A stretch of 64,000 bases of DNA from Adineta vaga (GCA_021613535.1 CP075492.1:19344001-19408000), one strand, 5' to 3'. Counted from the first letter of the stretch, positions 26,142-39,950 are shown. Numbers and translations are program-made. Notes: a model not told the origin generated them from the sequence alone.

Positions 26142-28741
26142 TTAAATTAATTGAGCACGAATGTATTCGATCAATTGCTTGAGTTCTGTTTGATTTCCAC
26201 CAAGTAATTCTAATAAACGTTTTTCAGCTTTATTTGATAGAGCTTGCCAAAGTGTTTTGCTAGACGCACAACGTTTCTCCAATATGACAATTGTTAATAT
26301 TGTTGTGACGATCAGGTATTGATTATTTTTTTCTACTTTATCTAGTAATGACGACGAGAAATCAGCGCAAGATTGGCTTGTTAATTTCATCACGTCGTCT
26401 TCTGTTAACTTCCACAATCCATCAAATTGTTGTCGTTCAATAAAGAATTCAACTAATTGCTGTTCATTTGTTGACCAATCAGCAACAGATTTTGGTTGCG
26501 ATTGATCGTTACTATAGGGTGTTGTATTTATTCTAGAGTTATCTCTTTTCCTAGCCAAAAAAGATGTAGCAAATTTGGCAAAAGGCTGAAAAAGAGAGCC
26601 AACGCCTATGCTACTTTTCTTTGCGCTCTTACCAAATGGTGCTGATACATAATCCAAACGTGTGGATTGCGTTTGTAAACGTTGATATATGGGTTCTGGC
26701 ATAATTGCTACTTCGTGTAGTTCCATATCAGCATTACTTTCACTGTTAGCATCGAATCGTTTCTCAACACCAATAAATGCTGTATATGGACAAAGAACAC
26801 CATATTTAATAGAAAGATCAATAAGGAGCTCTTTAGGTGTATTTTGAGATGGATTTTGAAGCTCACGGAGAACGGCTTTAGCTGCTAAACGTGTAATTGT
26901 TTGTGGATTATAGTTCGATATCGATTCTTGAATAGAAACTATACTGATGGGTTCGGAACGTTCTTTGCATGTTATTTCCACAGTGGTCGACTCGTCAAAA
27001 GGCATTGATTCGTCAAGTAAAGCATAGAATAGAATTCGATCACCAAAAAATATCGGTGATGCGTGTGCAGATACACTGTGCAAAACCGTTTGATTAGTCT
27101 TCCATTTAATAATTGTATTTGTCAGACTTGGCTGAAGAGCACGAGCAAGTTGTTCTGCAACATAAATATCGGCATTGGTATTTGGAGGAATGAAAATAAA
27201 ATGACCATTAGTCGCTCGAGCAAGACCTTTAACGAGAGCACGACTAGGCTATAATAAATAAAGAAAATATCGGGGTGCATATACCTGTATATCAGAAAAA
27301 AGTCAATCACTTACTGAATGACCGAGACCAAATGAAAAGATTCGTGTATATGCAGCCATTTCACTACAAAGGTTAGTCACCTGCGGAACATTTGATACTT
27401 GTCCATCGGTGAGTAGAAAAATTTGTCTCATACACCCTTCATTTGGTTTATTTTTCTGAAGCCAAACTAGTGGTTGAACTAATTCCGTTCCACCCATATT
27501 TGCTGACAGATTTCTGATCAATGATTCTGCTCGAGCCATTGTATTTTCATTGTATTCTACAGACGCATTTTTATTGAAGAGCGATGAAAAGTTAGTTCCA
27601 AAGCGAATGATATTGAATTTACAATTAATTGGGAGACTTTTCAGAAACAGCATCATTGCTTTGCGTGCTAGACCAATTTTATTATCGTCATCCATAGAAC
27701 CACTGCAATCAATTACGAAGAGAAACTCATTAGCCGCATTGTTCATGTTTTGTTGGCAATCCTGCTCATTCGGCATAAATGAAACCATTAGAGCACCTTT
27801 TTCGACAGCAGCAATCGTCCTTGTTTTCATTTGTGATAACTCAATGTCAATAATAATATCACGACTAGAATACATCATGAACTTTTTATCGAAAAAACGT
27901 TCTATCTTTTCTATTCAATAACATACTCTAATTGAACACTTTGTTGACTGAAGGAAACGAGAAAAGTTTCCGGATTGCTAATATCGATTTTGATTGGATG
28001 TGATGGAGATGATACGCCAACAACATTCTGATCTAATTTATCCACATGGCATTGAAATTCCATTGTGTAAGGTACTGAGTCAGCATATTGAACTTGAGTT
28101 CCACCTGGTGATGAAATACCTTTTTGTTCAGGAGAATAACGTTGTGCAATAGTTGTGGGAACAACAAAACGAATGAGTGGTTTTGCATTGCCGTGCAATA
28201 GATCAAGTTCACTCACATAACTGATGGTAATACGACATTGACTATTTGGTTTCAATCTAGAATAATGTTTTAAGGGAATAACTATGCAACAGATTCTGTA
28301 ACAAAATAACAATATAATACGTACGCTCCAACACTAACAACAAATACATCATTCGAAGCTTCGTCTTGTTCAAGTAAATACGCACCATGACCATGAGCAA
28401 GTGCTTGTGAATATTCTTCTTGTGCAATTTTCTTTTCTTTCAGTTCAGCGATGATTTCACGTTCGTCGTCAATATGAGCAACAAATGCATAGATTGCTGC
28501 ATTTTCTTCGACGGGAAAACTACAAATTTAAACAGATAATTTACAAAAAGAAAAACAATGATAAACTTCTTTTATACCAATAGACTGCTTCAACTGGTAC
28601 TAATTCATCATTTCGAAACAATTGCGTAATAGTGACATCAGCAGCAAATGAATGAATACGAGTATCGACAGAAACCTCTTTGAGAGGAATCAGTTTTTTT
28701 GAAACGTTTGAAGTTGATTCTTGCTGTTTAACATAAAGCAT
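26142..28741 (-). CDS. VIT + von Willebrand factor A domain protein (VWA5A-like), 6 exons
   Basis: VIT domain (IPLKEVSVDTRIHSFAADVTITQLFRN...EAVY...AYLLEQD) and vWA MIDAS EFLFVIDCSGSM, GGTE, FLLTDG, RIFSFGLG. C-terminal QQFDGLWKL region; short GT-AG introns. Confidence 0.92.
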
Positions 28742-31700
28742 AATTATTTTTCAATCTTTCGTCATGTAAAACTGAAAGCAAGTACACATTTATATAGGAC
28801 AGAGACGCAAATAAATTTACGATGAGTCATCAAAGCCGCTACGTATTAGAGAAAGAAATATTGATGCGTTACCAAGGACAAATTTACATACTTTGTTTGT
28901 GCAAGTTTTAATGAAGGAAAAAAAAAGTAACTCAGACAACCAAGTTTCTCGTCGCATTAGAAGAGAATGTATGAGTAAGTAAATATAATATGATAAAACT
29001 ATAAATATTACTTTTATAAGTCAGATTTCTTTATTTAACTGACAAGCAAATTTAATGAGTGTGATTATTTAGTCAAGAAATATTCTAAAGTGATTCATCC
29101 TCTTCTTGATTTGAATATTTTAGGGTGGGTGTGAATGTATATCTTCTTCTCTGTGATTTTTTCATCATCAAGAGATACAAAACGGATTCAACAGATGGAT
29201 AATACGAATAAGAAAGAATCAGTCAATGTTGTGTTTTGTGCGATACATAAGCACGTCCATTGCTAATAGATAGAAGAGTATTTCATTACATACATATAAG
29301 AAAAGAAGTATTCTTCGATCTTTTCTATTCATAGTTATAGTGATGTGATGATTGAAACATATATCTTTTTTGTTCTGTATAGTCAATAGCGAAGTAATGA
29401 AGTATTGTGTATAATATTATTTTATATGATCGTAATGTGTTTCTATATGTGTATTGTATCAATTGTAGAAGAGAAATTCGTTCTCATCCTGATTGCATGC
29501 GTTAAATTCAGCTATCGAGCTCAAAAATATGTTTTTCTGCATCGCGACTAATAGATGGAGAGGGGAGTGGCGCTCACCCCCATCGCCCCCCTAAATCCGC
29601 CACTGGGTAAAGCAGTAATGTACAGAAACTTTTGAAATTTCACATTTGCTAGACATGTAATCGTTGTATTGTTATAATCAGTTATTATTTCTTCATAACC
29701 AAGATATTTTCCTTTAAATATTATATTATATTATATTGATAAAATAGAAGTATAGCTGATCGAAACATTGCACGACAATGAATTGTTCACATAGTGTTTG
29801 ATTATCCATCGAGTTGTTGAGGAAAGAATCCAAGTAAATTATAATTACAAGGACTAATTGGTCAAATTAAATGCTATCGTTGTTGTCGTATTGAATTTTC
29901 ATATTAAAGAGAATAAAACGAGTTGTAAATACACGAAATTTCGCATTGTCTAGCTGTATTGTTAAGTAAAATGAAAAGACATCATTCAATACAAGCAAAC
30001 AAAATTATTTCCAAATTTAGTTTCGTTCATTCTTTTCTTCTAAACCAAAGAATAATCATCTAGTTAAGAAAAATCCATTGTATTGAAAATACAATTTTGA
30101 AATTTAGAAAATATAAATATATGTATATATATATATATAAACTGTAGTTTTTATTACCTTTTATAGCAGAATTATATCGAATTGAAATATTTATTGAACA
30201 TATAAATTGTTTTTTTTACTTAATCGAACATTCATATATCATATATATAAATAGTATTGAAAGGAAGCGATTTGGTTTTTTTCCTTTAACCATATTTACT
30301 TAAACCCTATCAATGCGTTCGTTTTCTCTCACAATTTATCATACCGATAATAATCGAATTAGTTTACTCAGTCTTCATATTTTCTTGTGTTTTATGTAAA
30401 TACGAAAAAATCTTCTAGTTCGATTAGGTTCAAAATCGAATTTTTTCCAAGTATCATTAGTTTATTTTTAATAAAATGACAGATCGAAATCCAAAATTTA
30501 GAGATAAAACTCAAGTCTAATCCTCAAGATTTTCTTTTATTATGTTTTTCTCAAATGAGTTGTTTGATTATTTAGGATCATCAAAATCAAATGATTTTCG
30601 TTAGTATTTTGATATATTCTATATACGATGTTGATAGTACGCGAACTCTTGAGTTGATTTATGCAATATATAATAAGAAAAAGAAAAACAACCATTGGAT
30701 ATGTAGTGATAATTTGGCCTAGAATAAATAAGAAACATCATTCTACTGACAATTATTTGTACTTTTTAAAGTATATAGATAATCCTTGATTTTCTTATTT
30801 ATTATCTCTCGTTCTTCATTCTTATAATATTTTTATGAATAGAATGAAAACGAAATATTCAGATACGAATATATACATTTCTGTTATAAAGACAAAAATC
30901 AGAGACACAAAAAAAAGGAAGAAAAGAAAAGGACGATTTGTAATCACGTGTATGTTAAACGTTTAAGTGTATGTTATATAGAAGATATTTATGATTTCAT
31001 TTTATATGTATTATTGAGATTATTCATGAGAATGAACAAGTGAAAGTTATCAATCAATTTTTATTTGTAAAATAATACACATTTGGAATTCTCAAAATGT
31101 TTGAAATAGAAATAAGGAAGTATAATTTTCGTTATAGTACAGATATAGAATCTAACACTTTTTTAAACATTGAAATAATCTGAATTTTGCAATAGAAATA
31201 CTATCATATTGTTAGCAGATATATGATTTTTTTTTATATGTCTATTTATAATTACTAATGTGTATTTCATTGTTTTAAAATGATATATTAGTAAAAGATA
31301 TTTGGTGTATATGAACACAAACTATTCTCTAAAGAATTATTCTGGGTATATCAATGTCATACATATTAGAAAAACAAAACGGAGACAAGATATTTAAAAA
31401 GTATCTTAATTTATCTTTTAGAGTTCTTTTACTAAAAATTGTTTATTGAAATTGTTGAATGTTATGTTATAAATTAGATGAATAGATTTTTTGGATTATT
31501 TCTATAATATTTGAAATATAAGAATATTCTTTACAACATCAATTATCTAATTTTCTTATAAAGAATTCCTAAATTCTACTCCTTTCTCAAGAAAAATATT
31601 TTGGAATATATTTCGTTATCCAATAATAAAATTTGATTTAATTAAAACGATCAATATAAAATAACGAATGGATTAGATTTCTTTTCTCTTTTAAATGTTT

Positions 31701-32043
31701 GTATAAAACAAATATATAGATTCCAATATCTTCACTCTCAATTCATCATTTTCTACTCTTTAACAAATAATAAACATTAATTTAATCATGAAAACATTTC
31801 TAAGAAAAAATATTTAAATAAAAACTATCTGATTTTTATCAATGTTAGAAAAATGAAATATTTTTTTATTAAAGTACTCGATTCAAATACAAATATCACA
31901 TTACCTTTATTATGATTAGTTTATCTATTGGAAAATAAAAAGAAAAGTTTTTATATAAATATAATTGATGATCGATTATTGCAAAATAAGAAGAAAAAAA
32001 AGAAAGCATTTTTGTATTGTCTCTTTTGATTTTAAATAGAGAA

Positions 32044-32480
32044 ATGTCTATCGAATCATCGAATATTCCAACAATATTAATAAATGATAATGAAATGAAA
32101 GATTTATTAAAATACTTTTATAAAAATGAATTATTATTAAAAGAAAATGGTTTAATTAAATTAATTCTACTGTCAAATTTTAAAAATATATTTTAAAAAA
32201 AAATTCGATAAATATTTCATTATGTTCAACAATTCAACAAATAAAACAAATTCAATTTGATTTTCATCGATTACCTTATCAATCATTTTTTAAATTATCT
32301 GGTAAACATTTTTGTAATCAATATTCATCAACATTAATAAAAGCGCATGAACCTATTGGAATATTTCCTTTATCTTCAAATAAACAAAATCTTTGCCAAT
32401 TCAATTATCATCATGAAGGTGGTATTCGTTATTGATATATTATTTCATCTGAAGAAAGAATAAAATTTGAAAATATATTC
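32044..32480 (+). pseudogene. Decayed JmjN/JmjC-like (KDM4/KDM5-type) fragment
   Basis: MSIESSNIPTILINDNEMKDLLKYF...ENGLIKLIL resembles JmjN. NLCQFNYHHEGGIRY*YIISSEERIKFE resembles the JmjC strand SINYLHxGxxKxWY. Stops and frameshifts present. Confidence 0.5.
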
Positions 32481-33315
32481 AGGGTGGATGTGAATGTGCA
32501 TGAAGACTGAACATCTACACTCTAACACGAGAATACATTTCATTTTGTATACTTTATTAAGAATCAAAAAACTATAAAAAAAATAGGTAAGTAGAAATAA
32601 GCGATAAAAAATCAAATAAGTTGGAAACTTAAAAGAAAAAGTAGGTGCTATTAGAATCCCTCGGATTAATGCGCGTCTGTCAGCTTCAAAGCTGTTATCT
32701 TCAGAGTCTTCTTCTAGTGTTCGTGCTTGAGAGCATACTGCCAAGAAGCAGCAAATATCAGCAAAATATACAAACATTTTGTTGGTATGCATTGCAATGT
32801 TTTGTTAGCGACTGGATAAGATTGGTAGTTGTGTCAGAGTAAATTATGTTTTTGATTTTACGTTGCTGTTTTATCTTATTTATAGCCAATGATCGAAAGA
32901 GAAAGAGAAAAATCTAGAAGAAAAAAATAAGCAACATATACTAGGATTGTGTCGCTTTAATATTTGTTGATTTGTTAGAGAAGTATCTAAAAATACATAA
33001 TCGTCCGATACTAAAGCCTGAAAAATACCATTTTTTTCTCTCAACTCACTAGGATATGTTTGCTTATCCTCACAAGTGTGCTCATTCATGCTTATAACTG
33101 TCTTAGAAGAAAAAAATGATGGTTAATATCGTTAGCAATGTAGTATGTGTTTTGAAGGTAAATCCTCTAATTAAGAAAAAAGACAAATCATTTAAAATCT
33201 ATCAACTCGTTTATTTGATATATACATGGCTTTCATTTCCAGATCCAAAGCAAAACATAAACAATTTTTATCATTTTTCAGCAATTCTGTGATGAACTTA
33301 AACATAGTTAAAAAG

Positions 33316-34258
33316 AAATGCGGAAACTTCTGATTTTATCCGAGAGTTATATTTACTGTAAAAAGTGTATGAGAGAGGCGAATCATTCTAAAATGTCTAC
33401 GCAACAAAATTACCATGAGAAATTTTTCGATGAGCAAGATTTCCGATGACTTATTTTTGAATGAATTTTTGTGTTTGAATTTATTGGAACAAGGGTCAAA
33501 TGCAACCTCACGAATCTATCAGAGATCTATGATAGATAAGCACATCAGCGTTTTCATAATAGATCATCAATATCAAAAAATATGGATATCAGGTTTTTCC
33601 CTTTTGATAGTCCTTCTGATGACTAGCTACAAAGCTAAGCATTTGGAAATAGGGGTGGGACATTTACGTTTATTTAAAATAAACGTAAACGGTTTTCGTT
33701 AACGTTAATAATAACGGTTAACGGATTGAACAGAAACCGTTAACCATTAATATTAACGTTAACTCAACCCATTAATCGTTAATATTAACGTTAACGAAAA
33801 CCGTTTACGTTAATAATAACGGTTAACGGTTTCTGTTGAATCCGTTAACCGTTAATATAAACGTTAACGGAATTCGTTAATTAACGGGCGTTAAGTTAAA
33901 TGGTCCACCCCTATTTGGAAACCTCTCAAACTGCAGGTTATCTGAGACGTATCTAGGCAATTTGGTGTTAGAAACTGAGTTGATTCATATATTTTAGAAA
34001 TAATTTTTAGAAAAAATATGTTTTTCAAAAAAACCCAGCATACCCCCCCTCAGAGATGGTCAAGCAAATAATGACATACTTTTGATAACTCAGTCATTTA
34101 TTGAGAGATCATTCTCATTTTCAAACTCGACCGAGATATTGATGAGACAATTATGTGGACAAAGTATCAGTTCAATCGAATGTAGTTATGAAGAGTTACC
34201 GTATAAACGGACGGACACACAGACCGATTATAGTAGTGTACTCATTTTTTGAGTACAC
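33316..34258 (+). mobile_element. HINE/DINE-1-like element carrying a nested hAT MITE
   Basis: The 5' end matches 13328. The 3' ACGGACGGAC microsatellite and GTGTACTCA-TTTTT-TGAGTACAC stem-loop match 14870-14921. Confidence 0.65.
33650..33913. mobile_element. hAT-type MITE (264 bp) with 8-bp target site duplication
   Basis: Imperfect TIRs TAGGGGTGG..CATTT / AAATG..CCACCCCTA, with direct repeat TTTGGAAA at 33642-33649 and 33914-33921. The interior is made of many TTAACG/CGTTAA motifs. Confidence 0.88.
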
Positions 34259-35803
34259 TAGAAACCATTTGTATAAACGTTGTTGATTGGATTATTTTTT
34301 TTTCACAATCAAAATTATTCAAAAAATATTGTGACATGTAATACATGATACAAAGAATGATCAATAGTACAATAAAAGACTATAGTTTGTTTTTTCTTTT
34401 TTGTAGAAACGTTGATTATCACAGAAAATGGCTCTCTCTACTGGACAGATAAAGTATAATCGAACTTTTCATTATTTTCTTTGAACAAATTTTTAGTTTG
34501 AGTTCAAAATAAATTAATTACTTTTTTTAATGATGTTTTCTCTAGTTTATAAGACGATTTGACGTTAATAAAGATATTTAGAATTATAAATACAGAAAAT
34601 AAGTCATTTATTTCTCATTCTCTCCAAACAAAAGTCAGAAAAAGAACCGATGATTTGCAAACAGTATTATACTTGTCTAAAAAATGTAAATATATTTTCA
34701 AAAGAAAAATCATTACCATTATTCAATGATGAAATTCTTGCAACACGAATTTTTCTAATTCTTTTCATAATTTTAAATTTAACTTTATTATTCTTCAATA
34801 TACTTCATTAGATTTTCATCTAATGGCAATGTCTCAATTTCAATTTTTATCATATTTATATTGAATTAATATCTCAAATAATAAATGATGTTTTAAGAAA
34901 ATATTTTCTTGAAAATTTTTCTAGTCATCGAGCATTATCAGAACAAAATTTTGATATAAAAATGGATGATATAATTGATGAATTTAAATCTAAAGTATTA
35001 TTTATAATTCAATATATCGAATAATTTATTTCGATAATTTTATTTCAAAAATCAATTGATATCAATATTTTGATTAAATGTTTTAGTTCTTTATGATACA
35101 TTTTATTTTAATAATTTATATCTTAATACAATCTTTCTTATCAATCGTTTCGATATAATTCCAATAATAGACTGTTTTTTGTTATTGTTATTAATCAAAT
35201 ACTTATAATTGAGGAAAAAAAATCAAATTATTTCTATTTTACTTTTATATCAATAACTCCATCCTTATTTATTATTCCTGGAATGAAAGATGGATGTTTT
35301 CCATGAAATTGCATCGACATTAGAATGTTTCTATAGTCGATCTTATTCGAAACGTATTCAAAAATTTTCATTATTTGATTTAGTAAAATTAAATTAAAAA
35401 AATCAAAATTTTCAAAAAATATAATAATTGAAATAATGTTTAAAGAATTCTTTCGTTCGTTTTTATAATATTTGTACACATCTTACATGTTTTTATACAA
35501 ACGAACAACATCCATCAATTACTCATGTCATTGGAGTATTTCTTGGTGTTTTTTAATCGATTAATACTGACTATTCATTTAATTCTATCAAAATTCATAA
35601 AATTTCTTTGTTTTTTCTTCCAAAAAAAGAATGCAATCATGAAATAATTGAAAGATATTTCTATAAAAATCACAAAAATTGATTTATATATATATTCTTC
35701 AAAAATTTCAAAATCGAATTTTCTCATCGACGACAATTGAAATCTATTCTACATGTATCTATTTTATATTACTTATTATTATTCGATTTATTCTTAGTAT
35801 TTA

Positions 35804-38800
35804 CAGTACTTCTCCCTAATAACGACACTAAAATGAAATTTTATTTTGTTTTTGTTCACGTTCATCTATTTTACGACCGATTTCGAACAACTTTATATTT
35901 GGGGAATCTTTGGATGACGCTCTTTCGAATGGTATATTTTCGATCCCTTTTCTCATATATTTTCATGGAGATATCACCGGTCTACGATCGTGATGTCTTG
36001 GTGTCGTTATTACGTTCTACTTCCGTAATAACGACACTCAGCTATTTTTTCGCCCTAATAACGACATCCAGCTAAAAAAAAGTTGATGTATTCTTCATCA
36101 AATATATCTTTTGATAGAAATAAAAGTTAAATTAATGAGCGATTTTACTGCCGATTTTTAATATTAAACTAAAATATGTTCACATTTTCGTTACTCTAGA
36201 TGGCGTATGTGGAAAGTAATTTTATTCGTTCTATTCATTTAACGGTTTAACCTCATATTCAATTAGATACTATCTACTATAATCGATCATCCTATTTATG
36301 CGATAGATGTTAAGAAAACTGAATAATATCATACACACAAATGATATGACGAATGAATTTGATATTTCTATTCAAATAAAGATTTTTGAAAGAAAATAAA
36401 TTGATCATTTGTTTGAAATTGTACATGTTTTTCTGTTAAATTTTTGTTTAGATAATCGACAGAAATTTGTATCTGGATGTCAAAAGTACGCCAACGTGGT
36501 CTTTATCCAAAAGAAAATATTATGAAGGCAGTAACTGCAGTCCTAAATGGCGAAATGACATCGTTGAAAGCATCAGATGAATATCATGTTCCACCAGGTA
36601 CAATTCGAACACATGTCAGGAACCTTTCATTAGGTGTTGGAGGCGGTCGTCGGTGTTATTTAACTCATAAACAAGAATGTTATTTAGTCGATATGATCAA
36701 GGGATTGGAAATCATTGGTGTACGTTTAACAAAATCTGTTTTAAAAAAGGTTCTTGGTGAATACATCAAACTTGTTTCGAATGATTCGCGTTTTAAAAGT
36801 AAATAGTCCATTTACCAATTGTCTCTCTCTTAAGTCTTATTTTTAAAATTTGAGAGTGAACAGATAATATATGGATGTTTAGTTTGCTATTAATCAGTAC
36901 TGTTGAAAGCGACGCATAGCTATAAATTGCTTAAAAGATATTGATACAAGTGTCTATTCGCCAAGCATTAATTAATAGTTGCTGTTTTTTATATAGTTTT
37001 TAAATATTATAAAGGAAGTTATTATTGATTCTATAAAAAATAATCATTTATGTTGTCAATATAAGTATTGAATATTAAATCTTTAACTGTCTACAAGGTT
37101 TTCTTTTTCGTTACAGACACTCTTTCTGTCTAATATTGTAGTCAAGAAGCATAAAAATACAGAACTACTGTTTGCATAAAATATTATGATGTAACCAAAA
37201 AATTCCTACTTGTATGAAAAGAACTGTCACAGATTGATAATAGGAAATAATTAAGTATCTTAGAAAAGGACAATGAAACTGGACAATAATTATATCTTAT
37301 TCGGAAGAACATTTGAAATTGATTAATTGAAAACAGTATGAAATGAAAACAAATTAGATTTCTGGAATTTATTATCAGCATCCTTCTTCCTTAATCTTAG
37401 TTCTGATTTTTATAATTTTAGTGTGGCAAAAAAGAAATGGCGTTCTATCGTAGGAAATTATTTTCGAAAAACTCAAAGAAAATCTATTAGAAAGATTGAT
37501 TTTCCAAAATTATTAAATGGACTTTATCAAAGTTCATTCACAACAGCATCTGTTTCTGGTGGTTTTCGACAAGGTGGTGTTTGGCCATACAATGCTGATG
37601 CTATGAAAGAGAAGGTAGTGGGCTATCGATCCTCACGTAATCATGGCAATACAAACAAGTCAGTTACAGCAACATCATTTCATTCCTAAAGTCATTAGTT
37701 TTAGTTCATCGGCAATGGATATTTTATCATCATTACAAAATATCGTACAATCAGCTAATGTTCATACAACAACTTCTATTGGTCAATCTATTACAACTCA
37801 ACGTACTACTGAGTGAGTATATTTCGATTTTTTGTATAGTGTACAATCATAGTCTCAGGGTATGAGCTTGCAATTGTTTTACCTATTCTTATATCAATCG
37901 GAATGATTTACAGTAAGTCACAGTTCTGAAATTACAAACAGTCTGAAGGCAGCTTTATTTTTCACCTATTCTATTACGATAATTTTGTCATTAAATATGA
38001 TATAAACAAATATCTGCCTAAATATATTATCCAAAATCATGTTCTACAAGTTTATCTAACACATCTCTGACACCAAGTTCATGATTAATTGGACTTTCTA
38101 ATCAAATTTTTCTTTTATTCTCTGGCTAATTGTTTAAACAAAAGGTCTTCTTTGGAAGAAAAAGTTCACCAAGCACTATACACCGTATAGTATCTTTTAT
38201 ATTTCATACTTAGTTCAATTCAAATTCCATCACATCGACAACATACATTTGATGATTCAGACAGTGATGGAAGGTATAAAACGAATTCATATGGAGTTGT
38301 ACTAACTCATATAATTTGCCCTATATTTTAGTAATGATGATGAATCTATGAATGTTTCGTTACAGAATTTTCGATTAACAAACAATGACTCATCTAATTC
38401 AGGTTCGACTCAAACATTTTCTTTTAAAGCTTATTTATCCCTTAGATACTCTAGATTCAGACGAAAATTTCGATTTCTCGATCAACCAACATTCTAATCA
38501 TTCCAATAGTTCATCATCTACAACAAAAATATTAAAAAGTCCAGCAACAGCTGCTAAATCGATTATTCTAACCTATTCACAAAATAAAACTATCTCAACC
38601 TCATCTCAACTACCTAAAACATCTACACGAGTACCTACAGAGCGCAAATACGGTGAAGTAGTCACAAACGGAAATTTGCTTAACGAATTGAAAAGAAAAG
38701 CAAATGAAAAACAATTAAAGAATTCTAGAAAGAAATAAACTTAATTCTTCTTTCGAATAAGTAAAATACGAGTGCACATTTTTTTAACTCTTTTTTTCTC

Positions 38801-39643
38801 ATTATCTGTACATATGTCAATATATCATTGTCATTTTTTGAATGTATCTTGTTATCTTACCACTTTTTTTCGTGCATATTTTATATTCACTATTATGAGT
38901 ATCTCTTGTTCTTTACGCCATATCCTCATTATCATATATATTATTTTTCCTTTTTTACTTTCTTTGATGCTGCGAGAAAAACAACTTGACTTTTAAAAAT
39001 TAATACAACATGAAGTTCAACAAAACAAATTAATACGAACGCAATGTTTATTTTCTTTCAAAAATCTTTATTTGAATAGAAATATCAAATTCATTCGTCA
39101 TATCATTTGTGTGTATGATATTATTCAGTTTTCTTAACATCTATCGCATAAATAGGATGATCGATTATAGTAGATAGTATCTAATTGAATATGCGGTTAA
39201 ACCGTTAAATGAATAGAACGAATAAAATTACTTTCCACATACGCCATCTAGAGTAACGAAAATGTGAACATATTTTAGTTTAATATTAAAAATCGGCAGT
39301 AAAATCGCTCATTAATTTAACTTTTATTTCTATCAAAAGATATATTTGATGAAGAATACATCAACTTTTTTTTAGCTGGATGTCGTTATTAGGGCGAAAA
39401 AATAGCTGAGTGTCGTTATTACGGAAGTAGAACGTAATAACGACACCAAGACATCACGATCGTAGACCGGTGATATCTCCATGAAAATATATGAGAAAAG
39501 GGATCGAAAATATACCATTCGAAAGAGCGTCATCCAAAGATTCCCCAAATATAAAGTTGTTCGAAATCGGTCGTAAAATAGATGAACGTGAACAAAAACA
39601 AAATAAAATTTCATTTTAGTGTCGTTATTAGGGAGAAGTACTG
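35804..39643 (+). mobile_element. pogo-like (Tc1/mariner superfamily) DNA transposon, 3840 bp, ~600-bp TIRs, TA TSD
   Basis: TA|CAGTACTTCTCCCTAATAACGACAC ... GTGTCGTTATTAGGGAGAAGTACTG|TA. The arms 35804-~36400 and ~39047-39643 are near identical, which is why the same spurious ORF appears on both strands. Confidence 0.93.
36477..38738 (+). pseudogene. Intron-containing pogo-type transposase (HTH_psq/CENP-B-like N-terminus; DDE core not found)
   Basis: YPKENIMKAVTAVLNGEMTSLKASDEYHVPPGTIR is a psq-type HTH. KKWRSIV...FPKLL...SGGFRQGGVWPYN matches the segment that follows pogo DDE domains. The C-terminus is basic. Confidence 0.75.
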
Positions 39644-39762
39644 TATATATTTTTTCACTAAATAATTATTTAATCAACATAAATTAAATTTCGTTTATTC
39701 ATTACCTTTGATATATATTCATGTTCTTAATTATTTATAAAATATAATAAAATAATTGAAAT

Positions 39763-39950
39763 ACAAGTAACGCTCGTCGGGCCGACTCACTTAACCCTCG
39801 ACTGTGGAGAACGGGTATTTTCAGCTTGACTCGAGAATGAGATGAATTGATCTGGAAACTTAAGATACGAGAAAACGGCTTGCATGTTATTGTCAAAATA
39901 TGTAACCGCCTTCGAAAACAGAATGTTAACTTTTTTTGTGACATCAGTTT
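39763..39950 (+). mobile_element. 5' fragment of the HINE-like family seen at 13915
   Basis: About 170 bp aligns by eye with 13915-14070 (ACAAGTAACGCTCGTCG..., TACGAGAAAACGGCT, ATGTTAACTTTT). Confidence 0.7.

Noticed and set aside
29555-29605. GC-rich CCCCCCTAAATCCGCCACTG, resembling a CAGTGGCGG hAT-type terminus
   Set aside because: Solo end with no partner TIR or TSD found.
34420-35100. Decayed coding-like sequence (EILATRIFLILFII...)
   Set aside because: Probably a pseudogene relic, but too fragmented to assign.
35737-36075. 112-aa ORF and its mirror at 39372-39614
   Set aside because: Both lie inside the transposon TIRs. Their identity reflects the inverted repeat, not a gene.
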